Virus record (IMG/VR): IMGVR_UViG_3300045988_144461 | Location: 1 to 13,147 of that record | Strand: one strand, 5' to 3' | Source: a virus | DNA: 13,147 nucleotides | Notes under the pieces: generated by a model | Database searches by the model: none | The model's input: only the letters and a program-made list of their open reading frames with translations | Told to the model about the DNA's origin: nothing | Translations under genes and position numbers: made by a program | Part shown: positions 12,772 through 13,147 of the stretch, one piece after another | Numbering within the stretch: position 1 is the stretch's first letter | Layout of the letters: every line of letters begins with the position of its first letter

Positions 12772-12830
12772 TTTAAAATTTTTGTTTGTTAAGGTTTTCT
12801 TTTCTTGTCCTCTCCCTTAACTCTATATAT

Positions 12831-12859
12831 AGTATACCACACCTCAACACATAAGTCAA
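12831..12859 (-). promoter_or_regulatory. Identical SigA-type promoter in the right ITR, reading inward
   Basis: Mirror of 289..317: -35 at 12854..12859 and -10 at 12831..12836 on the minus strand. It would drive the CDS 12462..12740. Confidence 0.75.
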
Positions 12860-12959
12860 TGAATAAATTGTAAACATTATATTTTCTTTTATGTATTTGT
12901 TAATTCTATTTAACTAAATATTTTTGCTTTCTGTTGCGTAAAGGTATTATTTTTATTTT

Positions 12960-13034
12960 CTGATTAGTCCAATTATTTGTACACTTTATTAGTCCAATTA
13001 TTTGTACTCGCTATAAGTCCAATTATTTGTACTC
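12960..13034 (-). repeat. Mirror copy of the three 25-bp repeats (right ITR)
   Basis: Reverse complement of 114..188, as part of the perfect ITR. Confidence 0.92.
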
Positions 13035-13079
13035 ACTTCACCGCTTTAGCACTTTACTACACTAAAGTATTGCTTCCGC

Positions 13080-13103
13080 TTTAGCACTTTAGCACTTTAG
13101 CAC
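13080..13103 (-). repeat. Mirror copy of the GTGCTAAA x3 repeat (right ITR)
   Basis: Reverse complement of 45..68, as part of the perfect ITR. Confidence 0.9.
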
Positions 13104-13147
13104 GTTAAAGTGGGAAAGTGACCTGCCTGCTATCGAGAGGGGGGTAC

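Larger units (their letters stand above)
12738..13147. repeat. Right inverted terminal repeat (410 bp)
   Basis: Perfect reverse complement of 1..410. It ends exactly at the start codon (12738..12740, minus strand) of the right-end gene. Confidence 0.97.

Noticed and set aside
1-13147. tRNA genes, CRISPR arrays, integrase/att sites, transposase
   Set aside because: I saw no cloverleaf-like or repeat-spacer structures and no recombinase motifs. Coding density leaves no room beyond the regions discussed above.

Overview
The window looks like a complete linear genome (13,147 bp, AT-rich) of a very small phi29-like, protein-primed podophage, probably infecting a low-GC Gram-positive (Firmicute) host. 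The two ends are perfect 410-bp inverted terminal repeats (ITRs). I call 16 CDS, 15 of them on the + strand. From left to right they are: an HTH-like early protein, a small C2H2-like zinc-finger protein, two small holin-like membrane proteins (one below the ORF-track size cut-off), a CHAP/PG-binding endolysin and a phi29 p5-like SSB. These are followed by the connector/portal, a possible collar protein, a small pre-capsid protein, a phi29 gp8-like major capsid protein and two tail proteins (the second gp9 tail-knob-like). The last + strand genes are a candidate terminal protein, a protein-primed family B DNA polymerase and a gp16-like packaging ATPase. One convergent right-end gene lies behind a bidirectional terminator. 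All product calls rest on motifs read by eye and on recalled phi29-family sequences; no database search was run. The most interesting unexplained signal is a 16-bp perfect palindrome, GTTGCAACGTTGCAAC. It is present nine times (five exact, four with one mismatch) and sits just 5' of the ribosome-binding site of the first gene of almost every translationally coupled gene block. Two copies lie inside a duplicated ~70-nt leader that can form an alternative hairpin. Each ITR carries a full expression cassette (strong promoter, leader, palindrome, SD, ATG) plus phased repeats near the termini. No pRNA, tRNA or CRISPR array, and no phi29 p4-like regulator, was recognised.
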